The notes under the pieces: generated by a model
What the model was told of the DNA's origin: nothing
Databases searched by the model: none
Seen by the model: the letters and a program-made list of their open reading frames with translations, nothing else
Shown here: positions 17,501 through 26,400 of the stretch, one piece after another
How positions within the stretch are numbered: the first letter of the stretch is position 1
How the letters are laid out: the number at the start of each line of letters is the position of its first letter
Origin: Flavobacteriales bacterium UBA7878
GTDB taxonomy: Bacteria; Bacteroidota; Bacteroidia; Flavobacteriales; Schleiferiaceae
Direction of reading: 5' to 3'
NCBI GenBank assembly: GCA_002501205.1
Contig: DLRW01000073.1
Span: forward strand, 48,287 to 112,286
Length of the DNA: 64,000 bases
Translations under genes and position numbers: made by a program

Positions 17501-19856
17501 GGATCATACAACAGGAACCGGAGTAGGTTACTATATGTATGTAGAAGCTTCTTCACCAGCTGCTGCTGGTGATAGTGCCTTCCTGTATACTCCCGAGTTT
17601 GATATGACCTCTCTTACTAACCCTGAGGTGGTTTACTATTACCACATGTATGGAAATGATATCGTAAATCTGGACTTCCAGGCTTATGATCGTAGCTCCA
17701 TGACATGGGTTAGCCTGAACAATATTGTTGGGGCACAGCAATTCAGTGATGTGGATGCCTGGAAAGAAGCTCGCATTAATCTTGCAGCTTACACCACCGA
17801 TACAGCTTTACAATTACGCTTCTTAAGCGTTCGTGGAGCTAGCTACGAAGGAGATGCTGCGGTAGATGATCTCATCATTCGCGAAACTCCACCTTGTGTG
17901 GATCCAGCTAATTTGATGGTGCTTACCGCTTCCAGCAATAGTGTGACTCTTTCATGGGATAGCGATACCAATATCGTAGCTTCTACGGTACAGTATGGTC
18001 CTTCCGGATTTATGTTAGGCAATGGCACAAATGCAATTGCTACTCCTGGCGGGTTTACCGTTACCGGATTGGCAGGAACTACTTGCTATGACTTCTATGT
18101 GAAGGATAGCTGTTCTGCCGGAACCAATTGGGTGGGTCCAGTTAGTGCATGTACTATTGCTACTTGCTCTGTAAGCAGTATGCCAAGTGGTACTACTAAC
18201 GACACTACAGATTGTGATGGTGGTCCTACTACCTTAATGGCAACTTCCAGTTCTAATAATGATCTGGTGTGGTTAACTAATGGTATGGTGCGTGAAACCG
18301 GCGATACTTATGTAACCGATTCAGTAGCCTTTACCACTGCCTTTGATGTAGCCGAGTATGTTACTACCAACCCTGTTCTGCATATAGGTCCTTTAACCAA
18401 TATTGCAGCTTCCGGATTCGGAAACTTCTCTAATGGTCAGTGGATTACTGTAGACGACACTATTCATATCGACAGTATGACGGTATTGCATCAAAATGAT
18501 GTAGTGGCCTTCGCACAAATCTGGGATGCAAGCATTACCAACGTTATTCAACGTGGTGATACCTTCAGCACTCCAGCTGGTGTAACTGGTGATATGCGTG
18601 TACCAGTGAATATGGTGCTTACCCCAGGGGTGTACTTTATGAATGTAGACTTCCTTTCAGGTGCAGGTTCTTTATTCCGTGCTACTGATGGTGCTGCCTA
18701 TCCTTATGATTTACCAGGATTGATGAGTATTGACTCAACTAACTTCTCGGCTCAAATCCGGATTTACTACACCTTCGATCTTACGGTAAGTAAGGCCTGT
18801 ATCGGTGCTCCTACTCAAGCTATGGCAATTGTACCAGGTGCAAATGCCGGTATTTCTGATACCAGTCTGGTTTGCTCTAGCGACAATGCAGCCAACCTTG
18901 CAGCCTTCTTAGGGGTGCATGATAATGGCGGTACCTGGGTAGATAATGATGCCACTGGTGCATTAACCGATAGTATCCTCGATGCTACTCAGTTAACTAC
19001 GGGTAACACTTATCACTTTAGCTACATTCTTACAGGTGTTAACGGCTGCGCCGGAGATACTGCTGATGTATGGGCTGAGGTTGAAGCCGCTCCATTTGGA
19101 GGCGTAGATACCAGTTTAGCCCTATGTAGCGGAAGTGGAATTACCATCTTACGTAACTACTTAAGCGGAACCGCCTTCGGTGGAACTTGGGTAGACCTCG
19201 ATGGATCTGGTGCACTGAATACCGGAACCGGTGTGTTTAACAGCAATAATGCTGCTGTTGGAACCTACCGTATTCTTTATGTACTGGCTGGCGTTGCCTG
19301 TCCTGCAGATACTACTATGTTAACCGTATCCGTAGATGCAGTTGTAAGTGCTGGTATGGATATCAGCGATACTGCTTGCGATGACGAGACCATGGTAGAC
19401 CTAAGCACTTATCTTGATCCTGCGGCCACTGCTGGTGGTACCTGGACCGACTTAAGTGGTAGTGGTGCTCTAAGCGGAAATATCTTTGATGCGACAGCGG
19501 TAGCTAATATGTCTAGCTATAACTTCCAGTACAAAGTGAATTCTGCTTGTGGCGATGATTCTGCTGCGGTAACCCTGTTCGTTGATGATTGCGATGTAAG
19601 TGTTCTTGAAATGCATACTGGTCTGATCAACATCTATCCAAACCCAACTACCGGTTTGATTAAGATCGATGATCAGAATGTACGCGGAACAATTAAGGTT
19701 GAAGTATACGCTGGAAATGGTCAGTTGATGATTTTCGAAGAATACGCCGAGAATGAAGAAATCCGTTTGGATATCTCCAATTTCGCAACTGGTATTTACA
19801 CCGTAAAAGTGAATTCAGCAGCCGGTATTGATGTGAAACGCATCATGAAGCACTAA
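11574..19856 (+). CDS. Giant (2760 aa) T9SS-secreted multidomain surface protein (MAM, FN3, right-handed beta-helix, MAM-like modules, Cys-framed repeats, Por secretion tail)
   Basis: The ATG at 11574 gives signal peptide MKNKYYHLLGLVVLAVFGLSQSVFGQ. Canonical MAM signatures (TGPSGDHTTGTGNYIYTEAS...YYHMYG..MG.L.V) occur near both ends. FN3-like ...W....G...W.VEYGP.GF..G.G modules recur. The C-terminus is INIYPNPTTGLIKI...GIYTVKV. Confidence 0.9.
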   Translation: MKNKYYHLLGLVVLAVFGLSQSVFGQVTSYPYLENFDSQSTCGTSCTSICTLTAGGWTNSTTDDKDWAVDASGTSSSSTGPSGDHTTGTGNYIYTEASSCYSKVADLISPVFDFTSLTNPSLEFYYHMYGQSMGSLEVFVSTDGGTTWTNALFSLNGEQQTSNSDPYLQAEVPLCAYAGQSSVTIRITGTTGTAFYSDMAIDDIKVYEATTCFAPSSLSTANEVGTSADLNWTDVCAVSYDYVVVPMGSPQTATAVASGNVATNMATASGLSATTNYDVYVRSNCSGSSSAWAGPFTIFSGCTGALTGSYTVGGSSPDYATISEAITSLSNCGISAPVTINIAAGTYNEQLVIPAISGASATNTVTIQGAGATSTIISYDGTGSSGTAVEFNGAKHVSLKNVGIENTSSSTPAFGIHLWNAADTISIENCDIKVPTNTTSSLVVGILSSGSQTSTGTTGDNANGLLVKDCNVTGGYYGIRLYGSSTTASDNLYNRIENTVVDSVYYYGIYMYYQGLPEVRGCTVSNTRNSSSYGIYAVYTPGIEIHKNWLQNLGTYGIYISNANSTSQPHARRSNVTNNMVSATGSGDALYLSGSDSMNIYYNTLYADADQALWINSTSDDYDVRNNILVSANETPVDLDATPDATDIMDYNVMYSENGSDIMDVSTSSYADLATLQAAALGTNFNTNSVEGDPSFVGSPDLHVLASTANDVGVVIAGITDDFDGDARSGSTPDIGADEFSPASCLPPTAMAAANMTDLTADLSWTPGGTETTWNIEYGPTGYTQGAGTTVSAVTANPYTLTGLSPNTTYDFYIQSDCGTGTSIYVFGATFTTACSAFSAPFSESFDATSMPSCWSAYGSDPWLFTTTWPAYGAGSASDHTGNSGSFAGIDGSGGSATSDGTLESPLIDLTGLTSAQLSFYVFSDNTNAPGDNATLNVEVWDGSVWTNELSYAGDNSSWVEQTVDLSSYSGTIKIRFIVDQTTMTGSAFYNDIMIDDISVANAPSCIAPSSLGLDTVDHAMAVVYWTTGGASDWIVEYGPAGFSLGSGTQMIATNDTITISGLMASTAYEFYVADSCGLGNISTYTGPFAFSTTANCPATETLPYAENFDAGIGCFTAIDGGGSSGDTWAHSTSGSQNLDGTGYMRVDSDANGNGTHMIETLESPVIDASSVSNSLILEFDHYYRALGDSATVQVYDGANWVNVAIYKNSAGGWSNPSHEVIDVTAYANANFQVRFFYDDGNNWAWYWNVDNFSVEDKCLTQSLPYVENFDSGAGCFSTVDGGDASGDTWAPASSGSQDLDGTDYMRVDSDANGNGTYMREELVSPKIDASGFTGTLLLEYDHYYRSIGSDTGFVDVWDGTAWVNVAMYTATTGGWSSPSHESIDISAYANADLQVRFDYDDGDTWAWYWSVDNFSVTDVGCLTPSALGVDTVDHSMAVVYWTTGGANDWIVEYGPAGFTLGTGTQIIASNDTLTITGLSASTAYEFYVADSCGLADVSAFAGPMAFNTTANCPAVESLPYGENFDAGIGCFTAIDAGGASGDTWAHTVSSSQNLDGTGYMRVDSDANGNGTHLIETLESPVIDASTVNQSLILEFDHYYRALGDSATVQVYDGTNWVNVAVYKSSTGGWSSPSHEVIDVTAYANANFQVRFFYDDGNSWTWYWSVDNFSVEDKCLTQSLPYAENFDTDQGCFSTVDGGDASGDTWAHTTSTSQNLDGTGYMRVDSDANGNGTYMREQLVSPVIDASGFAGTLLLEYDHYYRTIVGDTGWVDVWDGTSWVNVAMYTATTGGWSSPTHESIDISAYANANLQVRFDYDDGNSWAWYWSVDNFSVTDVGCLPPSALGAFNVTTNSAEVFWTTGGASNWQVEYGPVGFSPGSGTLVSATNDTIMLTGLQVATTYDFYVRDSCGATDLSAWAGPVNFTTLCAPISSYPYIEDFDSGIFPACYSETTTSSGTYVWGPDAGGTGSSGTGPAVDHTTGTGVGYYMYVEASSPAAAGDSAFLYTPEFDMTSLTNPEVVYYYHMYGNDIVNLDFQAYDRSSMTWVSLNNIVGAQQFSDVDAWKEARINLAAYTTDTALQLRFLSVRGASYEGDAAVDDLIIRETPPCVDPANLMVLTASSNSVTLSWDSDTNIVASTVQYGPSGFMLGNGTNAIATPGGFTVTGLAGTTCYDFYVKDSCSAGTNWVGPVSACTIATCSVSSMPSGTTNDTTDCDGGPTTLMATSSSNNDLVWLTNGMVRETGDTYVTDSVAFTTAFDVAEYVTTNPVLHIGPLTNIAASGFGNFSNGQWITVDDTIHIDSMTVLHQNDVVAFAQIWDASITNVIQRGDTFSTPAGVTGDMRVPVNMVLTPGVYFMNVDFLSGAGSLFRATDGAAYPYDLPGLMSIDSTNFSAQIRIYYTFDLTVSKACIGAPTQAMAIVPGANAGISDTSLVCSSDNAANLAAFLGVHDNGGTWVDNDATGALTDSILDATQLTTGNTYHFSYILTGVNGCAGDTADVWAEVEAAPFGGVDTSLALCSGSGITILRNYLSGTAFGGTWVDLDGSGALNTGTGVFNSNNAAVGTYRILYVLAGVACPADTTMLTVSVDAVVSAGMDISDTACDDETMVDLSTYLDPAATAGGTWTDLSGSGALSGNIFDATAVANMSSYNFQYKVNSACGDDSAAVTLFVDDCDVSVLEMHTGLINIYPNPTTGLIKIDDQNVRGTIKVEVYAGNGQLMIFEEYAENEEIRLDISNFATGIYTVKVNSAAGIDVKRIMKH
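14589..17084 (+). repeat. In-frame tandem duplication, 2 x 1248 nt (FN3 + MAM-like A + MAM-like B) inside the giant gene
   Basis: Equivalent Cys codons (TGT) occur at 14589, 15837 and 17085, giving a period of exactly 1248 nt (416 aa). The copies are roughly 80-85 percent identical in DNA by eye. Confidence 0.9.
18858..19592 (+). repeat. Three consecutive ~80-aa cysteine-framed repeats preceding the T9SS tail
   Basis: The pattern C....L..(F/Y)L......GGTW.D..(A/G)(T/S)GAL.......A......Y.F.Y.......C..D.A.V occurs three times. Confidence 0.7.
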
Positions 19857-19879
19857 GCTGAAGCTTAAATAAACCAAGA

Positions 19880-19909
19880 GCCCCGACCTATGTGTCGGGG
19901 CTTTTTTTT
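19880..19909 (+). terminator. Rho-independent terminator of the giant gene
   Basis: gccccgac / gtcggggc 8-bp stem with a 6-nt loop, followed by T8. Confidence 0.85.
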
Positions 19910-19994
19910 GCCCTAAACTCGAGTTCTAAAAGTTTTATTCTTGCTAAAAGATGATTGTCAGCATCGAGAATTCTAAAACTAGGGCTCCTAAGCT

Positions 19995-20002
19995 TATATT
20001 TG
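19995..20002 (+). promoter_or_regulatory. Candidate -7 promoter box (TATATTTG)
   Basis: Exact TAnnTTTG match, 42 nt upstream of the ATG at 20045. Confidence 0.35.
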
Positions 20003-20044
20003 TGCGTACCGATTCTGACCCACCTATCAAAAAATCAAACTATT

Positions 20045-22228
20045 ATGAAGAAAGGACCATGGATCACGGGCCTGGCAATTGCCCTCTCAGTGGCCTGTAC
20101 CGAAAAACCTAAGGAAAAGGAAGAAAGCATGAGTGCCGCACTGAATTATCCGGAAACCCGTAAAGACTCTACTGTAGATGATTATTTCGGGACTCAGGTG
20201 ATGGACCCCTATCGTTGGTTGGAAGACGATCGCTCTCCCGAAACAGAAGCCTGGGTGAAAGCCGAAAACGAAGTGAGCTTCGGTTATCTGGAGACTATTC
20301 CTTACCGCGATGAGCTTAAAGAAAAGCTTACCGAATTATGGAACTACGAGAAAGTAGGGGCACCCTTCGAAGAAGGAGATTACACCTATTTCTATAAAAA
20401 TAATGGCCTCCAAAATCAATATGTGGTTTACCGCTTTAAAACCGGTGAAGGCAATATGGATAATGCGGAGGTATTCCTCGACCCTAACACCTTTGCTGAA
20501 GATGGTAGTACTTCCTTAGGGGGTATGAGCTTTACCAAAGATGGTAGCCTTTGTGCGTATCAAATTTCTGAGGGTGGTTCCGATTGGCGTAAGGTGATTA
20601 TCATCGACGCCGCAACGAAAGAACAAATTGGTGATACCCTGGTAGACGTTAAATTTTCAGGCTTAAGCTGGAGAGGCAATGAAGGTTTTTACTACAGCTC
20701 ATACGACAAGCCGGTAAATGGTAGTCAGTTAACCGCCATGACCGACATGCACAAACTATACTTCCACCGCTTAGAAACTCCTCAATCTGAAGATGAGTTG
20801 GTATTTGGTGGTGAGCGTATGAAGCGTCGTTATATCAGCGGATATGTAACCGAAGATGGAGCGTACTTAGTGATTTCAGCGGCAGAATCCACAACCGGAA
20901 ACGAGTTGTACATCCAAAGATTAGATATACCCAATGCTGCTTTTAAATCCATTATTACCGGATTCGATAGCGAGCAAGGAATCATCCATACCGATGGGGA
21001 TATGATCTGGATCAAAACCAATCTCAATGCCCCTAATGGTCGAGTGGTGAAAACGACATTTGAGGCCATGGATCCAGAGAACTGGGTTGATGTAATTCCC
21101 GAAACAGAGAACGTATTGAATATCGGTTCAGCAGGTGGTAAGTTCTTTGCTACTTATATGATAGATGCCGTTCACAAAGTATATCAATACAGTGTTGATG
21201 GACAGATGGAGCGCGAAATAGAGCTTCCAGGACCTGGTTCTGTGGGCGGCTTTGGTGGCAAATGGGAGGATAAAGAACTGTATTACAGCTTTACTTCTTA
21301 TATCTATCCTGGAACAACCTTTAAATACAATATCGAAAGCGGTGCGTCTGAATTGTACCGTAAATCAGCGGTTAATTTCGATCCCGAACTATACGAATCC
21401 AAGCAAGTATTCTATACCTCGAAAGATGGTACCAAGGTGCCTATGATTATTACCTATAAGAAAGGTATCCAATTAGATGGTAGCAATCCAACCATGCTTT
21501 ATGGATACGGTGGCTTTAATGTAAGCCTAACCCCATACTTCAGCACCAGCAATATTGTTTGGTTACAACAAGGTGGTGTTTATGCCGTAGCTAACCTTCG
21601 CGGGGGTGGCGAGTATGGCGAAAAATGGCACGAGGCCGGTACCTTAATGAAGAAGCAAAATGTATTTGACGACTTCATTGCGGCTGGCGAATACCTGATT
21701 GCTCAGAAATACACTACTTCTGAAAAGCTGGCAATTTCCGGTGGCTCGAACGGTGGATTGCTGGTTGCAGCGACCATGACGCAGCGCCCCGATTTAATGG
21801 CAGTTGCCTTACCGGCGGTTGGTGTATTGGATATGCTCCGTTACCACAAGTTTACCGCTGGGGCGGGATGGCATACCGATTACGGTACTGCTGATGACAG
21901 CCAGGAAATGTTCCAGTACTTATATGGTTACTCTCCATTACACAATGTAAAGGAAGGAGTGGAGTATCCTGCAACTATGGTAACCACCGGCGATCATGAT
22001 GACCGTGTGGTGCCTGCACACAGCTTTAAGTTTGCCGCCGAATTGCAAGCCAAGTACTCCGGTTCCAGGCCGATGTTAATTCGTATTGAAACCAATGCGG
22101 GTCATGGTGCCGGAAAACCCACCGACAAGATTATCCAGGAACAAGTGGATAAATGGGCATTTAGCCTTTACAATATGGGATATATGAGTTTACCTCAGCC
22201 TTACACAACAGAAACTGCAGCGCATTAA
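20045..22228 (+). CDS. Prolyl oligopeptidase (S9A prolyl endopeptidase), lipoprotein
   Basis: The ATG at 20045 gives MKKGPWITGLAIALSVAC (lipobox). N-terminal motif DPYRWLED, catalytic Ser motif GGSNGGLL, and D/H region GDHDDRV...NAGHG are present. Confidence 0.9.
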   Translation: MKKGPWITGLAIALSVACTEKPKEKEESMSAALNYPETRKDSTVDDYFGTQVMDPYRWLEDDRSPETEAWVKAENEVSFGYLETIPYRDELKEKLTELWNYEKVGAPFEEGDYTYFYKNNGLQNQYVVYRFKTGEGNMDNAEVFLDPNTFAEDGSTSLGGMSFTKDGSLCAYQISEGGSDWRKVIIIDAATKEQIGDTLVDVKFSGLSWRGNEGFYYSSYDKPVNGSQLTAMTDMHKLYFHRLETPQSEDELVFGGERMKRRYISGYVTEDGAYLVISAAESTTGNELYIQRLDIPNAAFKSIITGFDSEQGIIHTDGDMIWIKTNLNAPNGRVVKTTFEAMDPENWVDVIPETENVLNIGSAGGKFFATYMIDAVHKVYQYSVDGQMEREIELPGPGSVGGFGGKWEDKELYYSFTSYIYPGTTFKYNIESGASELYRKSAVNFDPELYESKQVFYTSKDGTKVPMIITYKKGIQLDGSNPTMLYGYGGFNVSLTPYFSTSNIVWLQQGGVYAVANLRGGGEYGEKWHEAGTLMKKQNVFDDFIAAGEYLIAQKYTTSEKLAISGGSNGGLLVAATMTQRPDLMAVALPAVGVLDMLRYHKFTAGAGWHTDYGTADDSQEMFQYLYGYSPLHNVKEGVEYPATMVTTGDHDDRVVPAHSFKFAAELQAKYSGSRPMLIRIETNAGHGAGKPTDKIIQEQVDKWAFSLYNMGYMSLPQPYTTETAAH

Positions 22229-22248
22229 TTTGTGTCTTGTTATTTGAA

Positions 22249-22285
22249 AGCGCCCGGTTGCTATGCAGCCGGGCGCTTTGCTTTT
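22249..22285 (+). terminator. Rho-independent terminator
   Basis: agcgcccggttgc / gcagccgggcgct stem (one G-U) with a 3-nt loop, then ttgctttt. Confidence 0.75.
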
Positions 22286-22574
22286 AAACCAATGCTTCTT
22301 TAAAGCTCAAGCCTTCCAGTTGTATTTTACTTAGGATATAGTTAATTCAATGCTGAGGATTTCCTCTTCCTCAAAAGGATTTTCTAAAAGCCGAATGAAA
22401 GGAAAGAAATCCGCCACGGCCGCCTCATTTATAAGCGATTGACCTATTTCATTGATAGAATGATGAGCAAGCCCAATTTTTGCGTTTTAATTGTGCAGGT
22501 AGATCTTCTAAGGCCTGACCCACCACCTTTCTGAATAAGCCTTATTGAAAAGAACAACGCTCACATAATCATCG

Positions 22575-22601
22575 AAAAAAGCCTGATCATATCGATCAGG
22601 C
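22575..22601 (-). terminator. Rho-independent terminator of the fasciclin gene
   Basis: gcctgatc / gatcaggc stem. A6 precedes it on the plus strand, which gives a U-run on the minus strand. It lies 30 nt downstream of the stop at 22631. Confidence 0.7.
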
Positions 22602-22630
22602 TTCACAAATTATAGTGGAATTAGGTAAAA

Positions 22631-23626
22631 TTATTCCGGTAAAAGCACTGCATCAATAAAGTGAACCACTCCATTGGTGCCAATCAAATCGCCTTGAACT
22701 AATACCGCATCTTCAGTAGCGTTATTATTGTCAATTAGCTTGATTTTGGCACCAATATTCACAAAGAACTGGAATTTACCCCCCAGGCCATTATCTGCCA
22801 AAGTGGTGATATTTCCGGTTTGTAATTCTGAGCTCAAAATACCGGTGTTTGTGCCGTGGTAGAGAATAACATCAGCCAATTTATCGGTACCTAGAGAAGC
22901 TACTAATTCAAAGAGATTGGTCACATTGGGAGTTTGGTTAACCAGTGAATCGAAGGCCGCATTGCTGGGAGCAAAGATGCTGTAAGTCTGACTCTCATTG
23001 GCCAGTACGGTTTTGAGGTTTCCATCTGCCAAACCAATGGCGGCTTCAAAACTGCTATAGGACGGATTCACCTCAATTAAGCCGTAAACAGTCATGGGAA
23101 AGTTCACGGAGCTAATGGCGTGAATGGTTCCGTTATTGGCGTCGATATTGGCTTCTTGAACCTGTACGGTACCATTTAATTTGAGTTGAGCTCCTTTATC
23201 GAGATAGAGGTGCAAGCTGTCTTTCTCCGCATTAATGGCCAGGGTAGAATAATAGCCGCTTTGCAGTTTTACGGAAGTGTAATCGCCTCTTAAAAGGTGG
23301 TAGGCCAAAGCTTCTTTAAAGTCTTCCATGCCAATACCTTGAATAAGACCATCAAGATCTGAATAACCTTGATCCGTAATCCAGGCGGTAAAAGCGGCAT
23401 CGGTAGGTGCGAAAACGGTGAAATTGCCATTGCTTTCCAGCATCGACTCCAGGCCGGTTCGTTTTAATCCATCCACCAAAATGCTAAAACGACTATCCGC
23501 AGAGAGGGTAGCGTTTAAGTTTTTACTTTGATTGTTGTTGTTCGAACCAGAGTCATCATCATCCGAACAAGAGGCTAAGACTAAGCTTAGGCTGATTAAT
23601 AAAATGCGAAAAACGGGAAATTTCAT
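22631..23626 (-). CDS. Fasciclin (FAS1) domain lipoprotein, two FAS1 domains
   Basis: The ATG at 23626 gives MKFPVFRILLISLSLVLASC. FAS1 motifs TVFAPTDAAF ... GTIHAISSV and SIFAPSNAAF ... GVVHFIDAVLLP are present. Confidence 0.85.
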   Translation of the reverse strand: MKFPVFRILLISLSLVLASCSDDDDSGSNNNNQSKNLNATLSADSRFSILVDGLKRTGLESMLESNGNFTVFAPTDAAFTAWITDQGYSDLDGLIQGIGMEDFKEALAYHLLRGDYTSVKLQSGYYSTLAINAEKDSLHLYLDKGAQLKLNGTVQVQEANIDANNGTIHAISSVNFPMTVYGLIEVNPSYSSFEAAIGLADGNLKTVLANESQTYSIFAPSNAAFDSLVNQTPNVTNLFELVASLGTDKLADVILYHGTNTGILSSELQTGNITTLADNGLGGKFQFFVNIGAKIKLIDNNNATEDAVLVQGDLIGTNGVVHFIDAVLLPE

Positions 23627-23803
23627 AATCTTGGATTTTGGGTAAATCACTACAGCGAATTTGGTGATTTGATTGGCTATTCTCAAATACTAATCCAGAA
23701 TCTTTTTTGTGAATTCGGGCTAATATCAATTCTGCCTCAGCAAGGATAGGAAAAAGGTATAGAATCTTTGCCCTCTTCTAAACGAGTGAGGAGCTTTGGA
23801 AGG

Positions 23804-23811
23804 TATATTTG
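23804..23811 (+). promoter_or_regulatory. Candidate -7 promoter box (TATATTTG) for cydAB
   Basis: Exact TAnnTTTG match, 19 nt upstream of the cydA ATG. Confidence 0.35.
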
Positions 23812-23830
23812 ATAGAGCAAAAATCGCTTT

Positions 23831-25210
23831 ATGGAAGTCGAAATCCTCGCGCGCCTTCAATTCGCCTTTACGGTAGCTTTCCATTATATCTACCCTCCTC
23901 TAAGTATTGGCTTGGGCCTTTTAATGGTCATTTTCGAAGCATTATTTCTTCGCACTCGCAATCCTCAATATGAGCAGTTAGCAAGATTTTATACTCGCAT
24001 TTTTGGATTAACCTTTGGGATTGGAGTGGCCACGGGCATTGTGATGGAATTCGAATTTGGCACCAATTGGGCAGTCTATTCCCGCTATGTGGGCGATGTG
24101 TTTGGCTCTGCCTTAGCGGCGGAAGGTATTTTCGCCTTTGCAATGGAGTCCGGTTTTTTAGGCCTGCTTTTATTCGGATGGAATCGCGTTAAACCCTGGG
24201 TACATTTTTTAGCCACGGTAATGGTATTAATTGGTTCCATGTTTTCGGCTGTTTGGATTGTGGTGGCCAATAGTTGGCAGCAAACGCCCGCAGGTTTCCA
24301 TGTAGTAGGTGAAGGCATTAATGCGCGGGCCGAGATCACCGATTTCTGGGCTATGGTTTTTAATCCTTCATCGGTAGATCGTCTTTGGCATGTATGGAAT
24401 GGCTCCTTTTTAGCCGGTGCTTTTTTGGTGCTCAGTATTTCGGCTTTTTATCTTATCAAAAACAAGCATGTGGCTTTGAGCCGAAAGGCCTTTAAAATTG
24501 CTCTGGTAGTCGCGACTTTCTTCTCCTTTTTACAGGCTTTTAGTGGTCATTCCTCTGCCAATGTAGTGGCCGAATATCAGCCTGCAAAGTTGGCCGCATT
24601 AGAGGGGCAGTATGAAGACAGTGACGATGCCGGAATTATGATTTTGGGTTGGGTAGATGAAGAGGCCCAAAAAACAACCGGGATTGAAATTCCGTCGCTA
24701 CTGCATTTAATGACCAATAAGGAAATTGGGCAAGACACCATTCATGGCTTAAATCACTTTCCGGCTGATCAACGTCCGGAGCGTATCAATGCCATTTTCC
24801 AGTTTTACCATATTATGGTGGGTATTGGCTTTAGCTTAATTGGCCTCACTTTATTGGCTCTCTTCTTCTGGTGGCGCGGAAAATTATTCGAACAAAAATG
24901 GTTGCTAAGAATCTTTGTGTTTTCGGTGCTTCTTCCACAAATCGCCAATCAGTTTGGATGGTTTTCGGCAGAAATGGGTCGACAACCCTGGGTGGTTTAT
25001 GGACTCTTGCGAACCAGCAATGCCCTATCGGAAGCCGTGACCGCAGAGCAGGTACTCTTTTCCATTATCTTGTTTTTTGTGGTTTATGCATTCCTCTTTT
25101 TGCTCTTCCTCTATTTGTTGAATCGTAAAATTCAACATGGCCCGGATGAAGCCGAAAAAGTAGAATACAGCGATGCACCCAAGCGTACAATTAGCGGAAT
25201 AATTAAATAA
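23831..25210 (+). CDS. cydA: Cytochrome bd ubiquinol oxidase subunit I
   Basis: The N-terminal [24 protein letters not shown] plus the GWF.AE.GRQPW motif are typical of CydA. Length is 459 aa. Confidence 0.95.
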   Translation: MEVEILARLQFAFTVAFHYIYPPLSIGLGLLMVIFEALFLRTRNPQYEQLARFYTRIFGLTFGIGVATGIVMEFEFGTNWAVYSRYVGDVFGSALAAEGIFAFAMESGFLGLLLFGWNRVKPWVHFLATVMVLIGSMFSAVWIVVANSWQQTPAGFHVVGEGINARAEITDFWAMVFNPSSVDRLWHVWNGSFLAGAFLVLSISAFYLIKNKHVALSRKAFKIALVVATFFSFLQAFSGHSSANVVAEYQPAKLAALEGQYEDSDDAGIMILGWVDEEAQKTTGIEIPSLLHLMTNKEIGQDTIHGLNHFPADQRPERINAIFQFYHIMVGIGFSLIGLTLLALFFWWRGKLFEQKWLLRIFVFSVLLPQIANQFGWFSAEMGRQPWVVYGLLRTSNALSEAVTAEQVLFSIILFFVVYAFLFLLFLYLLNRKIQHGPDEAEKVEYSDAPKRTISGIIK

Positions 25211-25211
25211 T

Positions 25212-26258
25212 ATGGAGGCAGAACTTTCTTATTTCCTGGGCATCGACTATCCTACCTGGTGGTTTTTAATTGTGGGTGGAGTATTTGCAGGCTATGCCAT
25301 TTTAGATGGTTTTGATTTAGGAGCCGGAAGCATTCATCTCTTTTTAAAGAAGGAGCAAAGTCGGCGAATAGCCTTGAATGCGATTGGACCGGTTTGGGAT
25401 GGCAATGAAGTTTGGTTGGTGATAGCCGGAGGAGCCCTTTTTGCCGGTTTTCCGGTAGCCTATGCTTCTTTGTTTTCGGCCTTCTATATTCCCTTTATGC
25501 TCTTTTTGGTGCTCCTGATTTTTCGGGCCATTGCCATTGAATTTCGCTCTAAAGAGGATATGAAGTGGTGGCGAAATTTTTGGGATCGCGCCTATTTTGT
25601 GGCCAGTAATTCGCTTTCACTTTTACTGGGGGTAGTGGTTGGAAATTTAATGATCGGCCTACCCATAGATGAACGTGGAAACCTGGTGGGCTCCTGGTTG
25701 CAATTGCTTAATCCTTATGCCCTGCTGATGGGCTTTACCATCCTCGCTCTTTTTGTGATGCACGGAATTATATACCTCTTACTTAAAACCGAAGGCCGTC
25801 TCTATGCCAAATTGCGCATCCTCTTAAATCGTGCGGTTATCCTCTTCATTATCGCCTTCACAGCGGCCAGTGCTTATGGCTTATACGCCTACCCCAAACT
25901 TTCGGATGATCTGCAAAACTCGGTAAGCTTCTGGATTTTACCCAGTCTGGGAATCCTGAGCATTTTGAGTATTCCTCAGTGGATTAAACGACGGAAATTC
26001 CGCATTGCCTTTGTATCTTCAGCTTTGGCCATTGCCTTTATGCTTGGGGTTTTAGCCTTTGAGCTTTATCCGGTATTACTCTATTCTACTATTGATCCGG
26101 CTTATCATATCGATATTTATTCCGCCGCCTCTTCACAAAAATCCATGGGTATTATGCTCCTTATTGCCGCGATTGGTACCCCATTAATTTTAGGTTATAC
26201 GGCCTTTGTGTTCTATACCTTCAGGGGGAAGGTGCATTTGGATGAGAATAGTTATTAG
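25212..26258 (+). CDS. cydB: Cytochrome bd ubiquinol oxidase subunit II
   Basis: It starts 1 nt after the cydA stop. Polytopic, with the DGFDLGAG motif near the N-terminus. Length is 348 aa. Confidence 0.9.
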   Translation: MEAELSYFLGIDYPTWWFLIVGGVFAGYAILDGFDLGAGSIHLFLKKEQSRRIALNAIGPVWDGNEVWLVIAGGALFAGFPVAYASLFSAFYIPFMLFLVLLIFRAIAIEFRSKEDMKWWRNFWDRAYFVASNSLSLLLGVVVGNLMIGLPIDERGNLVGSWLQLLNPYALLMGFTILALFVMHGIIYLLLKTEGRLYAKLRILLNRAVILFIIAFTAASAYGLYAYPKLSDDLQNSVSFWILPSLGILSILSIPQWIKRRKFRIAFVSSALAIAFMLGVLAFELYPVLLYSTIDPAYHIDIYSAASSQKSMGIMLLIAAIGTPLILGYTAFVFYTFRGKVHLDENSY

Positions 26259-26261
26259 GGA

Positions 26262-26400
26262 GATTGGGCTTTTTGGTTAGACAATAGACGATAGATATTA
26301 GATCGCGCGCTGCGCTGTTAGAGGGATCATTTTAGATGTGAGTGTTCCATATTCTAGGTCTATTTATTAGTGATGGCTATCAGAGCATAGCCTACTATTT
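26262..26400. repeat. Copy of the tagac/tagat-rich intergenic module
   Basis: ttagacaatagacgatagatattagat immediately follows the cydB stop. It resembles 33348-33395 and 34625-34665. Confidence 0.4.

Noticed and set aside
12558-18028. Numerous 60-90-aa ORFs on both strands inside the giant gene
   Set aside because: They are shadow ORFs within a continuous 2760-codon frame that has clear domain signatures.
22290-22570. Possible gene remnant (minus-strand frame ...GLAHHSINEIGQSLINEAAVADFFPFIRLLENPFEEEEILSIELTIS*)
   Set aside because: The frame is only about 49 codons open, with no start codon and no family I can recognise. It may be a decayed gene end, but the evidence is insufficient to call a pseudogene.
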